In this document: piece by piece, positions 8,527 through 10,646 of the stretch
Position numbering within the stretch: the first letter of the stretch is position 1
Layout of the letters: each line of letters starts with the position of its first letter
Origin: Amoeboradix gromovi X-113
Lineage: Eukaryota > Fungi > Sanchytriomycota
Direction of reading: 5' to 3'
Assembly (NCBI GenBank): GCA_018985225.1
Contig: JADGIF010000338.1
Span: 1-10,646 of the forward strand
DNA: 10,646 nucleotides
Position numbers and translations under genes: made by a program
Notes under the pieces: generated by a model
The model's input: only the letters and a program-made list of their open reading frames with translations
Told to the model about the DNA's origin: nothing
Database searches by the model: none

Positions 8527-8696
8527 TACTTGATGTATATGCATCCTTGTTCAATCCCGCCTCAGGGTAGTGAAAGCGTGAGCGATCACTGTAACGGAGA
8601 TCTAGCATTGCTAGTTTCTCTGGAAATTCTCGATTTTCTCGGAAATCAGGACTTTTAACGAGGAGAAAACAACTGATAAATGAATCTCCTTAAAAG
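8527..8696 (+). ncRNA. Putative omegaRNA-like scaffold plus terminal hairpin, copy C
   Basis: Conserved between copies directly 3' of RuvC-III. Hairpins GUGA-AA-GC(GUGA)GC-GA-UCAC, CUAGC(AUU)GCUAG and GAUUUU(CUCG)GAAAUC; conservation ends at GGACTTTTAACG (8660). Confidence 0.65.
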
Positions 8697-8760
8697 CGTG
8701 AAATAAAATTCTAATTAATTCATTGATTAAAACGGATTGTTGCTTGATGTTTAATTCAAT

Positions 8761-9213
<453 letters not shown>

Positions 9214-9489
9214 TCAAAAATGTTGAAAAATTAGAAAATAAACAGTCCTCAGTTTTAACCATTCATAGTGATTACACGGACTCTATCGCTCAAATTTTCT
9301 CTCTTTCTAGATTTTCCAAGTATATAAAACTCGATAATCTTGTTTATCAAGAAGTGCAAACAGCTCCAAATGTCATCCTAAATATGTCAGATCTAAAGAA
9401 TCGCTAACAGATAAACATAAAGGGCAGATAAACTTGACAGAGTTAATTTGTTTATTAAATATTCGGGAATAAACGCTAGCTAAAGCTTA

Positions 9490-10155
9490 TCAAAACCCTC
9501 CTGGAACAACCGGCTGAGCACTATGGGTCTGTTTTGGTAAGTCTGGTTCTGGATATGCATATTGAGCTTGAGGGATTTCACCTTTTGGTGACAATTCCTC
9601 TTGCGATATTGGATGCTGAAAGTCATTATTAAAGTGGTGAGGATTGGAATACTGGGTACCATCGTATTGGTTATAACTAGATTGGCCTCCTCGCGGATAC
9701 AATCTTTCTCTTTTTCTGCTGCTTCCACTTAAGCTGTTGGCCAACAACATAAACAACGGTAAGCTAAGCAGAATGAAAACAACACTTGCAACAATCCCTA
9801 TAATATGGGTGGTTTTCTTTACCTCCCAGAGATTGCCTGCGAAAGTCGAACTTATTGCTGTCGAAAGACCTGGATAGTTCTGAGTCAATTGCTTTTGCTG
9901 CAGTCCCATTACGGTAAGAAAAACAATGTGGCATATGAATACGGCAAAAAGCAATAAATCGAAGCCTGCTAGAATAAACAGTACCGCCTTTCTATTGTTA
10001 GCACAAAGTGAAAAAGTTCCAAAAAGTCCAGCAATTAACCAAATAGCTCCAGTCACCCATTCTGCAATTACTAATTGATAGATTCCAAATAGTATAGATA
10101 GCAGAGTCGGGATAGCAATAAGAAATCTCAGAAAAGCAGCTGTCTTTTCTCCCAT
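9490..10155 (-). CDS. Hypothetical membrane protein with about 4 TM helices and a Q/P/Y-rich cytoplasmic tail
   Basis: 221-aa ATG ORF with three closely spaced hydrophobic helices, a loop, a fourth helix and a polar low-complexity tail. No family recognised. Confidence 0.75.
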   Translation of the reverse strand: MGEKTAAFLRFLIAIPTLLSILFGIYQLVIAEWVTGAIWLIAGLFGTFSLCANNRKAVLFILAGFDLLLFAVFICHIVFLTVMGLQQKQLTQNYPGLSTAISSTFAGNLWEVKKTTHIIGIVASVVFILLSLPLFMLLANSLSGSSRKRERLYPRGGQSSYNQYDGTQYSNPHHFNNDFQHPISQEELSPKGEIPQAQYAYPEPDLPKQTHSAQPVVPGGF

Positions 10156-10541
10156 TTTGCGTCAAGGGTTTACACTTTAGACACGTTTTAGATAATTTTA
10201 AACCGTTGAACATGAACATTTAAAATATCAAAGAACAGTAAAATAGTTTTGCTATCGTGTCTTCTTGCCAACCTGGCCTTTCATTATTTCCAAGTAAACT
10301 TTGTCTTTGTAAATTTTCGAATTGGCCACCCTATGTACCATCGAATCAGCCTGGAAAATGTAGGCATTGCTACCTTTAGTCTTTTTTTCTTTTCGTGAAA
10401 TAGTAAAATGGATGAAAATCAGAGTATGATAAAGTGCTGCCCAATGTTTGCAAAAACTTAGCGTGTCCTAACATGTTCATATTGATTCAAGGATGATATG
10501 AGCACATAACTTAGAAGGGTCTTACTGATGCAATATATATT

Positions 10542-10626
10542 TGGGACATGCTCTGTAAAAACTAGACTAGGGGTAAAAAGCGAGTGACGAGATTTACCCA
10601 GTTGAAGTTTTCACAGTAGTGTCCCA
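10542..10626 (+). repeat. Hairpin family H, copy 6 (extended)
   Basis: Nested stems TGGGACA/TGTCCCA, CTGTAAAAACT/AGTTTTCACAG and GGGTAAA/TTTACCC around AAAACTAGACTA. Confidence 0.8.
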
Positions 10627-10646
10627 TATTTCTTCACCTAGGCAAT

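Noticed and set aside
6852-8696. ~1.85-kb element with ~270-bp terminal inverted repeats (copies B and C)
   Set aside because: The repeats are Fanzor 3' ends that also occur unpaired (A, D) and their outermost hairpins differ; two back-to-back copies is the simpler reading.

Overview
AT-rich, gene-dense eukaryotic DNA with intronless genes, most consistent with a compact fungal or early-diverging fungal genome (inferred from the trifunctional FOL1 architecture plus Tom70; the species cannot be determined). Five host genes are supported: FOL1 (DHNA-HPPK-DHPS), a small zinc-finger protein, TOM70, calmodulin and a 4-TM membrane protein. The three long intergenic blocks (1-1030, 3812-5307, 6730-8760) are largely filled with decayed copies of what looks like one mobile-element system. 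(i) At least four remnants of a TnpB/Fanzor2-like C-terminus (zinc ribbon + DRDxxAARNI RuvC-III motif) are each followed by a conserved ~120-nt structured omegaRNA-like segment. (ii) Each such segment ends in a hairpin whose outer stem is conserved while its interior is copy-specific yet self-complementary. (iii) Six copies of a second hairpin family carry a GGGAC/GTCCC-type outer stem and an invariant AAAACTAGAC motif. No intact nuclease or transposase ORF is present in the window. All alignments and folds were done by eye.
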